The position numbers and the translations under genes were made by a program. A stretch of DNA of 64,000 nt from an uncultured Acidimicrobiaceae bacterium (lineage in GTDB: Bacteria > Actinomycetota > Acidimicrobiia > Spongiisociales > UBA5794): contig CAMYMC010000021.1 of NCBI GenBank assembly GCA_947259365.1, forward strand, positions 59,034 through 123,033. The letters run 5' to 3'. Below, piece by piece: positions 45,845-55,750 of this stretch. The stretch's first letter is position 1. The number at the start of each line of letters is the position of its first letter. The notes under the pieces are model-generated. The model did not search any database. It was not told the DNA's origin and saw only the letters and a list, made by a program, of their open reading frames with translations.

Positions 45845-46321
45845 TCACACCTCCCTCGGCACCTTGCCGGCGACCGTGAAGACGACCCGCATCGCCTTGT
45901 GACCGAAGTCCGACGTCGGGCCGAACATGAGCGGGCAGCCGCCGTCGATGACGGTGATGCCGTGCTCCCGCCCGTATGCGGTGGCTGCGTCCGACACGCT
46001 CCCGGCCCCGAAGGAGCGGTGCATCCAGACGTGGGCGATGCCGAGGTCGGCGCATTCCCTCATCGTTGCCTCGGCGTGGTCCGGGCTCGTTGCGATGACG
46101 ACGGCGTCGACGCCGCCGGGGATGGACGCCACGTCCGGGTGGCAGGGGTCGCCCTCGACCTCTCCGGCGTTCGGGTTGACGGGGAACACCTCGTAACCAC
46201 GGCTGCGGAGCCGCTGATACACGATGTTGCCCCCGTGGCCCTGGGGGTTCCGGGACACGCCGGTCACCGCGATGCGTCGGTTGGCGAGGAATGCAGCGGC
46301 GGCTTCCTTGACACTGGCCAT
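45845..46321 (-). CDS. CoA-binding domain protein (YccU-like)
   Basis: AVTGVSRNPQGHGGNIVYQRL...VDAVVIATSP matches the CoA_binding_2 fold. Start at internal Met. Confidence 0.7.
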   Translation of the reverse strand: MASVKEAAAAFLANRRIAVTGVSRNPQGHGGNIVYQRLRSRGYEVFPVNPNAGEVEGDPCHPDVASIPGGVDAVVIATSPDHAEATMRECADLGIAHVWMHRSFGAGSVSDAATAYGREHGITVIDGGCPLMFGPTSDFGHKAMRVVFTVAGKVPREV

Positions 46322-46541
46322 GGTGGGGTCCCTTCTCGGCGGCCGATGCGGGCGGGGGAGGCCCGACAGCCCAGCATCGGGCACCGCGAGGTTCCGTGCC
46401 AGGGCCGAACGTCACCGGAGGGCCCGGCAGCGCCGACGCAGACTATTTGTATGATAAAGATGACAAATATCGGGTTGCGAGATCTCTGCAATTGTCATTA
46501 CGGTGAGCAATGGACAGTGCCCGAGCGATGGAGGAGGAGCG

Positions 46542-47723
<1,182 letters not shown>

Positions 47724-47764
47724 GGCGCCTATCTCCGCTGCCGGATCGGCGGGCGCGGGGCCGG

Positions 47765-48253
47765 TTGCGAGCGCCGGCCTACCATGGCCATACTCGCCCG
47801 GTGCGCTCCGACGCCGCGACGGTTGATGAGTACCTCGACGAGCTGCCCGATGATCGAAGGGGAGCCATCGAGAAGGTGCGCACTGTCGTGTTGGAGAACC
47901 TTCCTCCGGGTTACGAGGAGGCCATGGAGTGGGGGATGATCACGTATCAGGTCCCCCTCGAGACGCACCCCGACACCTACAACGGCAAGCCGCTGATGTA
48001 TGCGGGGCTCGCGTCGCAGAAGAACCACATGGCGCTGTACCTCACGGGGGTCTACGCCATGGAAGGAGAACGTATCCGTTTCGAGGAGGCGTTCGCCGCA
48101 TCGGGGAAGCGCCTCGACATGGGCAAGTCGTGCGTGCGGTTCAAGAGGCTCGACGACCTCCCTCTCGAAGTGATCGCAAGCACGATCGCAGCGGTGAGCG
48201 TGGAGTCCTTCGTCGCCCACGTCGAGTCGGTGCGGCGCTCTCGCCTGCGTTGA
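47765..48253 (+). CDS. DUF1801 (YdhG-like) domain protein
   Basis: TVDEYLDELPDDRRGAIEKVRTVV...KSCVRFKRLDDLPLEVI is a typical DUF1801 layout. Confidence 0.65.
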   Translation: MRAPAYHGHTRPVRSDAATVDEYLDELPDDRRGAIEKVRTVVLENLPPGYEEAMEWGMITYQVPLETHPDTYNGKPLMYAGLASQKNHMALYLTGVYAMEGERIRFEEAFAASGKRLDMGKSCVRFKRLDDLPLEVIASTIAAVSVESFVAHVESVRRSRLR

Positions 48254-48606
48254 AGGGAGGAATCGGCGTCGTTTCGTCGAGCTGAGCTACCCGCACACGG
48301 GGCCCGCACCGTCCACACAACAGCGCCTGTGCCCGCCTGCCGCGTCGCGTGGCAGATTCGTGAACGAGGGTGCGTCGTGGACGTGAGCCGAACGACCCGA
48401 GTGCCGTGTCGTGGCTGGGCGCTACCACCATGTGTGCCTCGACATCGGCGACCTCTCAGTGGGTAGAGTCCGGAATGTGAGTGAGGCGGACGAAGCATTT
48501 GCGACACGTGGATCGTATGCAGCTCGGGCCTCCCCAGTCAGTCGGCCTATCACCGAGGAGTGACTGGGCCAAACGCAACGAGACCGCGAATCATGGAGGG
48601 GAGCAC

Positions 48607-49983
48607 ATGAAGAGAACGAAGTGGCTGATCGCACTCACCGCGCTGGTGTTGGTGGCAGCTGCCTGCGGCGATGATGAGGGCACAACAGCGGATACGGTCG
48701 TGGTGACTTCAATCGTCACTGAAGTCGTGACAGAAACCTCGATCGTCACCGAGACCTCAGTCGTCACCGAGACGATGGACCGAGAGCCCATCACGATCAT
48801 GGCCTCCTGGGGTGGAGATGAGCAGGCCGGATTCTTCGAGGTGCTCAACGCTTTCACCGCTGAAACAGGGCTGCCGTGGGTTTACGAAGGTCAGCGTGAG
48901 CTGGTCACGGTGCTGCAGACCCGCATCGCCGGTGGCAACGCGCCTGATCTGGCGATGATTCCTCGCCCCGGTTTCCTGGCATCGTTCGTGGCAGACGGCG
49001 TCGTTACACCGCTGTGTTGCGGCGGCGACGACATCATCGACGAAGACACCCTGACCGCGAACTACGGTTCCGGTGCGCTCGGGTTCGGCACGATCGACGG
49101 CACCGTGTACGGGCTCCTCGCAAAGGCCAACTCGAAGAGCACTTTCTGGTACAAGCCGGCTTCGTTTGCTGAACTCGGAGTCGAGCCCCCCGAGACGTGG
49201 ACTGAACTCCTGGCGATCGTTGACGCCTACGTCGCGGCTGGCAAGACGCCGCTGTCCCTGGGCGGTCAGGACGGTTGGACGCTGACTGACTGGTTCGAGA
49301 ACATATACATTCGAACCGCAGGGCCGGAAGCGTACGGCCAGCTCTTCGAGACGGGTGAGATCCAGTGGACCGATGCCTCGGTCGTGGAGGCCATGGAACG
49401 CTTCCAGGAGATCATCGCTCCGACCGCGGACAAGCTCGCAGGCGGAGCCGCAGGTGCCCTCTCAACAGGCTTCATCGACGCTTTCGACGTCGTGCTCAAC
49501 GGAGATGCCGAGATGTACTACGAGGGTGGGTTCATGGGCTCATTCGCAGCGCAGAACTTCCCCGACCTCGTACCGGGTGAGGACTACGCGTTCTTCACCT
49601 TCCCGGAGATCAACCCGCAGTACGGCAAGCCGATCGTAGGCGGGGGTGACCTTGCGGCGGTCTTCAACGACACCCCAGAGGTCAGAGAACTCATGAAGTT
49701 TCTTGCCGGCAAGGAAGCCAACGAGGTTTGGGCTTCCGCCGACAAGGGGGCTGTGATTTCGCCGAACAATCAAGTCTCGCTCGATATCTACGCGCCGCTC
49801 ACCCGTCTCGAAGCTGAAGGAGTCCTCGGTGCCTCCATCTTCGTGTTCGACGGGTCCGACCTGGCAGACCCGGCAGTCGGCGGAGACGCCATGTTCACCG
49901 GCCTTCAGGACTTCATCGACAACCCAGATGACATCGACGGCGTCCTTGGATTCATCGAATCGGTAGCCGCTGGGGTCAGATAG
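48607..49983 (+). CDS. carbohydrate ABC transporter substrate-binding lipoprotein
   Basis: GGAGGGGAG RBS before ATG 48607. Lipobox LVAAACGDD. Type-1 SBP fold features. Unusual VVTSIVTEVVTETSIVTETSVVTET repeat linker. Lower GC3 than neighbouring genes. Confidence 0.85.
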   Translation: MKRTKWLIALTALVLVAAACGDDEGTTADTVVVTSIVTEVVTETSIVTETSVVTETMDREPITIMASWGGDEQAGFFEVLNAFTAETGLPWVYEGQRELVTVLQTRIAGGNAPDLAMIPRPGFLASFVADGVVTPLCCGGDDIIDEDTLTANYGSGALGFGTIDGTVYGLLAKANSKSTFWYKPASFAELGVEPPETWTELLAIVDAYVAAGKTPLSLGGQDGWTLTDWFENIYIRTAGPEAYGQLFETGEIQWTDASVVEAMERFQEIIAPTADKLAGGAAGALSTGFIDAFDVVLNGDAEMYYEGGFMGSFAAQNFPDLVPGEDYAFFTFPEINPQYGKPIVGGGDLAAVFNDTPEVRELMKFLAGKEANEVWASADKGAVISPNNQVSLDIYAPLTRLEAEGVLGASIFVFDGSDLADPAVGGDAMFTGLQDFIDNPDDIDGVLGFIESVAAGVR

Positions 49984-49999
49984 CGAAGCTTGCTGGATT

Positions 50000-50029
50000 G
50001 GTGGGGCCGCCGATACCGGCGGCCCCACC
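50000..50029 (+). other. perfect 12-bp stem-loop between the SBP and first permease genes
   Basis: GGTGGGGCCGCC-gatacc-GGCGGCCCCACC, with no U-tract. Typical of intercistronic mRNA-stabilising hairpins after ABC binding-protein genes. Confidence 0.5.
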
Positions 50030-50038
50030 TGCATACGA

Positions 50039-51019
50039 GTGGAGAGGGGAGGCGCGGAGCTGGCTGACAAGGCGATCGAAGAGTCTGTGGGACCAGTCGC
50101 GCCTCTGACGCCCTTGGCGAGCGGCAGGGGGGCTTTCAACTGGCGCCCATGGGCGTGGGCGTTCCCGGCTCTGTTCCTGCTGGGTGTGTTCCTGCTGTGG
50201 CCGGTGATACGCACGATCCAGATCAGCTTCTACGACGGCACCGTCATCAATCCCACACAGGAATTCGTCGGACTCGACAACTACGACCGATTGCTCACCG
50301 ATGACCCGTTCTTCATCCGCCGGGAGCTGCCGCCATGGTCGGCGCTGTTCAACAGTGCCCTATGGGTGGTGCTGTTCACGTCCGGCGTCGTGGGAATGGG
50401 GCTGCTGGTCGCGGTTCTAGCCGACAGGGTCCGCTACGAGAAGTTGGCCAAGGCCATCATCTTCTTGCCGTTGGTGATCTCGTTCACCGCTGCGTCTGTT
50501 GTGTTCCGTCTGGTCTATGCCAGCAATCCCGACATCGGGCTGATCAATGCAGTGGTCGATGGAGTCGGTTTGGAGCCAATCGCCTTCCTCGGGGAGGCCA
50601 ATTGGGTGAACTTTGCCATCATTGCCGCGGGCATCTGGGTGTGGACCTCTCTCGCGATGACCATCCTGGCCGCCGCCTACAAATCGCTTCCCTCCACCGT
50701 CTTGGAAGCAGCTGCGATCGACGGCAGCAACGCCTGGCAGACCTTTTGGCGGGTTTCGGTGCCCATGATGATGGGCCCGATCATCGTCGTCTCCGTCACC
50801 ATGATCATCAACGCCCTCAAGGCCATCGATCTCGTGCTGGTGATGACGGCTGGCGGACCCCGAGGGAGCAGCCGGATAGTGGGTTACACGGTCTTCTTGG
50901 AGATCTTCAACAACAACAAGGCGGGGTACGGCAGTGCGGCCGCTGTTCTGCTGCTCGTGTTGATGATCCCAATGATGTGGTACCAGCTGCGGCAGATTCG
51001 CCAAGGGGCGGAACGATGA
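50039..51019 (+). CDS. carbohydrate ABC transporter permease (MalF/UgpA-type)
   Basis: Six TM segments and an EAA-like loop (LEAAAIDGSNAWQTFWRVSVPM). Confidence 0.85.
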   Translation: MERGGAELADKAIEESVGPVAPLTPLASGRGAFNWRPWAWAFPALFLLGVFLLWPVIRTIQISFYDGTVINPTQEFVGLDNYDRLLTDDPFFIRRELPPWSALFNSALWVVLFTSGVVGMGLLVAVLADRVRYEKLAKAIIFLPLVISFTAASVVFRLVYASNPDIGLINAVVDGVGLEPIAFLGEANWVNFAIIAAGIWVWTSLAMTILAAAYKSLPSTVLEAAAIDGSNAWQTFWRVSVPMMMGPIIVVSVTMIINALKAIDLVLVMTAGGPRGSSRIVGYTVFLEIFNNNKAGYGSAAAVLLLVLMIPMMWYQLRQIRQGAER

Positions 51020-51906
51020 CCACCCAGGAATCGCCCCCTAGAACGCTCGGCGCCCAGCTTACGAGGGTGGTTAGCAAGGGAGGCATCCACTTCGTTCTCG
51101 TCGGTGTGGCGCTGTTGTGGCTGGTGCCGTCCCTCGGCCTTTTCGTGACGTCGCTCCGGACAAGGGCAGCCAGCTCGCAGTCGGGATGGTGGACGGCCAT
51201 CACCGACTTCGACTTCACACTCGAGAACTACGACACTGTCCTCCAGTCGGGTGACCTTCCTCCCCCCGGGTTCGCCGACAACTTCATCAACACCTTCATC
51301 ATTGCTATCCCGTCGACCCTTCTCCCGATCATCATTGCGGCGGTAGCGGCCTACGCCTTTGCCTGGATGGAGTTCAAGGGACGTGACTGGATCTTCCTGG
51401 GCGTAGTGACGCTACTGGTGGTGCCGCTGCAGGTGACCTGGGTGCCGGTTCTGAAGATCTTCAATCAGTTCAACTTGACTGGGGAGTTCTGGGGTCTGTG
51501 GCTGGCTCACACGGCCTACGGACTGCCGTTCGCCATCTTCCTGTTACGGAACTTCTTCGCTGATCTACCCAAGGAGCTCTTCGAATCGGCCCGCATGGAC
51601 GGAGCCTCCGAGACAAAGGTCTTCCTCCGCATAGTCGTGCCGCTGTCGATTCCCGCGCTCGCTTCGCTGGCGATCTTCCAGTTCGTGTGGGTGTGGAACG
51701 ATCTGATGAACGCCCTGATCTTCCTTCAGGACGTGGACAAGTTCCCACTCACAGTCGGGATCAACAATCTGCTCGGCCAGTACGGCAACGAGTGGCACCT
51801 CCTTGCTTCGGGAGCATTCATCAGCATGGTGGTGCCGTTGGTAGTGTTCTTTGCCTTGCAGCGCTTCTTCGTGCGGGGCATCACCGCGGGAGCGGTGAAG
51901 GGTTAG
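51016..51906 (+). CDS. carbohydrate ABC transporter permease (MalG/UgpE-type)
   Basis: ATGA overlap with the upstream permease. EAA loop (ESARMDGASETKVFLRIVVPL). Confidence 0.85.
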   Translation: MTTQESPPRTLGAQLTRVVSKGGIHFVLVGVALLWLVPSLGLFVTSLRTRAASSQSGWWTAITDFDFTLENYDTVLQSGDLPPPGFADNFINTFIIAIPSTLLPIIIAAVAAYAFAWMEFKGRDWIFLGVVTLLVVPLQVTWVPVLKIFNQFNLTGEFWGLWLAHTAYGLPFAIFLLRNFFADLPKELFESARMDGASETKVFLRIVVPLSIPALASLAIFQFVWVWNDLMNALIFLQDVDKFPLTVGINNLLGQYGNEWHLLASGAFISMVVPLVVFFALQRFFVRGITAGAVKG

Positions 51907-51909
51907 GCG

Positions 51910-52848
51910 GTGGCTGCGGCCCCCCTCAAGGCCCTCCTCGGATGGCTGGTCGTGGTTCTCGTGGGTGTGATAGCCGCTCTCGTGTGGGTGCGACCAGGCA
52001 GTGCATCCGTGATCGAAGTGCCCCGTGACCATCCGACGATTTCCCAGGCCCTGTCTGCAGCGGCGGATGGGGCCACGATCCGGCTGGACCAGGGGGTGTA
52101 CGAGGAGTCACTCCTCATCGACAAGCCCGTGACCCTGGAGAGCAAGCGGGACGGAGCCGCGGAGGTGCGAGGCTTCGCTGGCGCACCGACGATCAGCGTA
52201 CTGAACACCTCCGACGTCACAATCCGACTTCTCACGATCAGTGGAGGCGAAGTCGGCGTGCTGGTCCGCAACAGCAAGGACGTGACGATCACCGAGAACA
52301 CGATCTCTGACAACCACATGCGAGGTGTCCGAGTCGTCTTCGGTTCCGCTCGGATATCCGAGAACCTGATTGCCGATACCTCGGGCCGCGGAGCGAAAGG
52401 GATTCACATCGCAAACGCAACGAGCTGGCCGGAGTCCACGATCTCGGGCAACGTCGTAGAACGCAGCGGTGCCGAGGGGATCCTCACGAACCTCGCTCAC
52501 GTGACTATCGAGGACAACGTGGTGCGAGACAACGACGGAGGGGGCATCGCCATCAGCGAGATGTCGGTTGCGTCAGTTCTGGGTAACACCGTGACCGGGA
52601 ACGCTGAGACAGGCATTCTCGTTCTGGACATGTCGACAGCGAGCGTCGACGACAACGATATCGAAGTGGCGGTGGGCGACGGTATTCGGCTCGAGTTCCA
52701 CTCGGAAGCTCAGCTCTATGGCAACCACATTCTTAGCGAGAGCGGATGTGGCATCGTCGTCGGTGGGGCAAGTTTCATCGCCGGTGGCAGGAACAGACTT
52801 CTCGGCGCAACTCAGGTGTGTGGTCAGTTTCCCGACCTCGTCCGCTGA
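51910..52848 (+). CDS. right-handed parallel beta-helix repeat protein with N-terminal signal anchor
   Basis: N-terminal TM helix (LLGWLVVVLVGVIAALVWV). Repeated NTISDN / ENLIAD / ISGNVV / EDNVVRDN / GNTVTGN turns are typical of pectin-lyase-fold / NosD-like beta-helices. Confidence 0.7.
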   Translation: MAAAPLKALLGWLVVVLVGVIAALVWVRPGSASVIEVPRDHPTISQALSAAADGATIRLDQGVYEESLLIDKPVTLESKRDGAAEVRGFAGAPTISVLNTSDVTIRLLTISGGEVGVLVRNSKDVTITENTISDNHMRGVRVVFGSARISENLIADTSGRGAKGIHIANATSWPESTISGNVVERSGAEGILTNLAHVTIEDNVVRDNDGGGIAISEMSVASVLGNTVTGNAETGILVLDMSTASVDDNDIEVAVGDGIRLEFHSEAQLYGNHILSESGCGIVVGGASFIAGGRNRLLGATQVCGQFPDLVR

Positions 52849-52972
52849 CGGGCGGCCCACGGCTCGTTGAGTCGGTGCTTGGATCATCGGTCTGTGTGCC
52901 AGTCGGCGGTCAGCAACGGCGCCAAGGGCTGCCGGGAACGCTTTCGGTACGAGCGATCCGCTCTCACACTGG

Positions 52973-53992
52973 TCAATGGGCGGGCGGACCAGTCGATTCC
53001 CGGACAATGAGATCAACCGGGACCGTGTGATGCGCGACCGGCGTTGTTGGCTCGGCGATGGAGGCTAGGAGCAGCTCGGCTGCCTCTTCACCGATGCGTC
53101 TCGCGGGCTGGCACATCGTGGTCAGCCCGAAGGACTCCGACAGGTCATGGCCGTCGAAGCCGATGATGGAGACGTCGTTGGGAACAGACACTCCCAGCGC
53201 TCGGGCCCTTCCCATGGCCCCCATCGCCGTCTCGTCCGACAAACAGAACATCGCGGTGGGGTGGCCGGGGAGGTCGAGGAGACGGTCGAAACCCTCAGCG
53301 CCACCCTCGACCGAGAGCTCGCAGTCGATGTCGAGCGCAGGGTCCGGGTCGATCCCGGCGTCGCGGAGCGCGGCGCTGTATCCCGCCTGCCGCGCTGTCA
53401 ACGCCGGGGACTCGATGAGGTGAATGTCCTGTGTGCCCAATAGCCCTATCCGGCGGTGTCCCAGCGCGAGGAGGTGCCGGACGCTCTCGATCGCTGCGGT
53501 CACGTTGTCGATCGCCAGCGAGTTCACCGAGTCGACGTGCTCTCCGATGGCGACGAGGGTGATCCTCGACTCGAGGAGGCGCGCGAGCTGGGACTCCTCC
53601 GGCGAGAAGTCGACGAGCAGCATCCCGTCGACCCTGGTCTGCAGCGAGGCGGATCGCGCCGCGAACCGGTCGCGCTGCTCCGCTGTTTCGGCTGCATAGA
53701 CCGTGAGGTCGTAGCCGGCATCGGAGAGCACTCGCTCCACGCCGGCGAGGACCCGGCCGGTGTACCACACGTCGAAATACGGCGCGGCGACGCCGACCGT
53801 CATCGTCTTGCCCGACGCCAGCCACGAGGCGGCGGTGTGCGGTTGGTAGCCGAGGCGATCGGCGACCGTGACGACCTTCGCCCGCGTCTCCTCGGCGACA
53901 TTCGCCTTTCCCCGCAGGGCTCTGCTCACGGTGGCGACCGACACGCCCGACTGGCGCGCCACGTCTTGGATCGTCGCCCGATGGCCGCTCAC
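52973..53992 (-). CDS. LacI-family transcriptional regulator
   Basis: N-terminal HTH (ATIQDVARQSGVSVATVSRALRG) and a periplasmic-binding-protein-like sugar-binding core. Confidence 0.85.
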   Translation of the reverse strand: MSGHRATIQDVARQSGVSVATVSRALRGKANVAEETRAKVVTVADRLGYQPHTAASWLASGKTMTVGVAAPYFDVWYTGRVLAGVERVLSDAGYDLTVYAAETAEQRDRFAARSASLQTRVDGMLLVDFSPEESQLARLLESRITLVAIGEHVDSVNSLAIDNVTAAIESVRHLLALGHRRIGLLGTQDIHLIESPALTARQAGYSAALRDAGIDPDPALDIDCELSVEGGAEGFDRLLDLPGHPTAMFCLSDETAMGAMGRARALGVSVPNDVSIIGFDGHDLSESFGLTTMCQPARRIGEEAAELLLASIAEPTTPVAHHTVPVDLIVRESTGPPAH

Positions 53993-54078
53993 GATTTCGC
54001 CCGGGCCGTCGAAGCGGTCTCGAGGCCGGTGACGACCGGCCGCGGCTCGTCCTCGCTCACGATCCTCCCCGCCCCCCC

Positions 54079-54092
54079 GGTAAACGCTTACA
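54079..54092. promoter_or_regulatory. cre-like LacI-family operator candidate
   Basis: GGTAAACGCTTACA has 2 mismatches from the palindromic cre core TGTAAGCGCTTACA. It is centred about 95 nt upstream of the LacI regulator start in a divergent promoter region. Confidence 0.35.
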
Positions 54093-54187
54093 GCAGCGTA
54101 GCAACCGGTGCGGACCCGACAGCATGTTGGGCGGGAACTCCTCCGCCCCCGCCGGGTCGTAGCCGGAGCGACGCCAAAGGAGGCACC

Positions 54188-54610
54188 ATGGCATCTGTCG
54201 AAGCGATCGAAGGCATCGGACCCGCATACGCGGCCCGGCTCACGGCTCAGGGTGTGCGGACGACCGGGGCGCTGCTGGCCCGGGGCTCGACAAAGCGCGG
54301 GCGCGAGGATCTCGCCGCTGTCGCGGGGCTCTCCGAGAGCCTGATCCTCGAGTGGGTCAATCGGGCAGACCTCATGCGGATCAAAGGCGTCGGTTCCCAG
54401 TTCTCAGACCTCCTCGAGGCGGCCGGCGTCGACTCCGTTCCCGAGCTCGCCAACCGCAACCCGGCGAACCTCGCCGACAAGATGGAAGGGGTCAACGACG
54501 CGAGCATCGAACGGAGCGGTCGGTCGATCGTCCGCAGGGTGCCCAGCGCCAAGGAGGTCACCGGCTGGGTCGCCCAGGCGCGCATCCTCCCGCGTGTCGT
54601 CACCCACTGA
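54188..54610 (+). CDS. DUF4332-like helix-hairpin-helix domain protein
   Basis: AAGGAGG RBS before ATG 54188. IEGIGPAYAARLTAQGVRTTGALL and IKGVGSQFSDLLEAAGVDSVPELA HhH-like repeats. Confidence 0.55.
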   Translation: MASVEAIEGIGPAYAARLTAQGVRTTGALLARGSTKRGREDLAAVAGLSESLILEWVNRADLMRIKGVGSQFSDLLEAAGVDSVPELANRNPANLADKMEGVNDASIERSGRSIVRRVPSAKEVTGWVAQARILPRVVTH

Positions 54611-54660
54611 GCATCGCGGCCGGCTGCGGGGTCGGTCTGCCTGTGGCGGGGCCGGCACGC

Positions 54661-55506
54661 TCACGCCGGCGTTCGGGCGACGACCTCGCCGTGGAGGAAG
54701 GCGAACCAGCCCGAGCGATGACTCGCCCAGCGATCCCAGTCCGCCGCCATTGCGGCGAGGTCATCCCTGGTGGCGAGTTCCAGCTCGATGGCGAGTTCCC
54801 CGAGCCGGCCGTCGAGGAGTCTTGACGTCCACGAGTCTGCCCACCACCGGCGGCGGGCCGGCTCGGCGAACGTCCAGGTCGAGCTCGATGTGGTGACGGG
54901 GTCCGTGAGGCCGGCGGCGAAGAACCACTGCGGGAGAAGCCGCCCGGCGTCGGCGCACACTCCGGTCCGGCGCGCCACCTCTCGATACAGCTCTCGCCAC
55001 CGCTCGATGCCCTCGAACTGCGGCGAGTGGACCATGGTGCCGTAGTCGGCGTCGCGGGCTGCAACGAGGCCGCCGGGGACGACGACACGACGCATCTCGG
55101 CGAGGGCGGCGACGGGCTCCCGAAGGTGCTGGAGGAGCTGGTGGGCATGCGCGGCGTCGAAGGTGGCGTCGCCGTGGGGGAGCGCGTACGCGTTCGCCTG
55201 CTCGAAGATGACGGTGCCGAGGTGCAATGCGGCGGCCCGCTCCGCGGCCGTGCGCAGCACGCCGGCGTCGGCGTCGACCCCGACGACCGTGCCGGGAGCA
55301 ACGGCCGCCGCCAGCTCGCAGGTGATGCTGCCGGGCCCGCACCCGACGTCGACGAGCCGCATGCCGCGGTTCAGATGGGGGGAGAAGTACTCGGCCGAGT
55401 CGGCGATCGTGCGCTGGCCGTGGGCGAACACGACGGCCACGTCGTGACCGTGGCCGTAGGTCTCGGCGCCCGGCATGACCGGGAGTGTACGCGCCTCGGG
55501 GGCCAT
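54661..55506 (-). CDS. class I SAM-dependent methyltransferase
   Basis: Motif I VDVGCGPGS and motif post-I VGVDAD. Confidence 0.75.
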   Translation of the reverse strand: MAPEARTLPVMPGAETYGHGHDVAVVFAHGQRTIADSAEYFSPHLNRGMRLVDVGCGPGSITCELAAAVAPGTVVGVDADAGVLRTAAERAAALHLGTVIFEQANAYALPHGDATFDAAHAHQLLQHLREPVAALAEMRRVVVPGGLVAARDADYGTMVHSPQFEGIERWRELYREVARRTGVCADAGRLLPQWFFAAGLTDPVTTSSSTWTFAEPARRRWWADSWTSRLLDGRLGELAIELELATRDDLAAMAADWDRWASHRSGWFAFLHGEVVARTPA

Positions 55507-55631
55507 GGATCGGGCCGGGCTCCCTCACGGGCCGAGCACCTCGATCTCCCGCGGTGTGCTCGCGGTGCGGGGCGGCCGCTCGGCCATCCACGGGCGTCAA
55601 GCGCCGCCGGCTGCGTACCGATGATGTTCAG

Positions 55632-55659
55632 GGGAGGGAACGCAGCAGTGTTCCCTCCC
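55632..55659 (+). other. perfect 10-bp stem / 8-nt loop hairpin upstream of the glycosylglycerate cluster
   Basis: GGGAGGGAAC-gcagcagt-GTTCCCTCCC lies ~90 nt upstream of the GpgS-like start. No U-tract. Confidence 0.45.
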
Positions 55660-55750
55660 GATGGTACGGAAACAGCGGACAAGCAGGTAGCCTGAGGCTG
55701 CTCATTTGGCCAGGAAGCGTGGGTAACCCGACAAACCACCCATCATCGTT

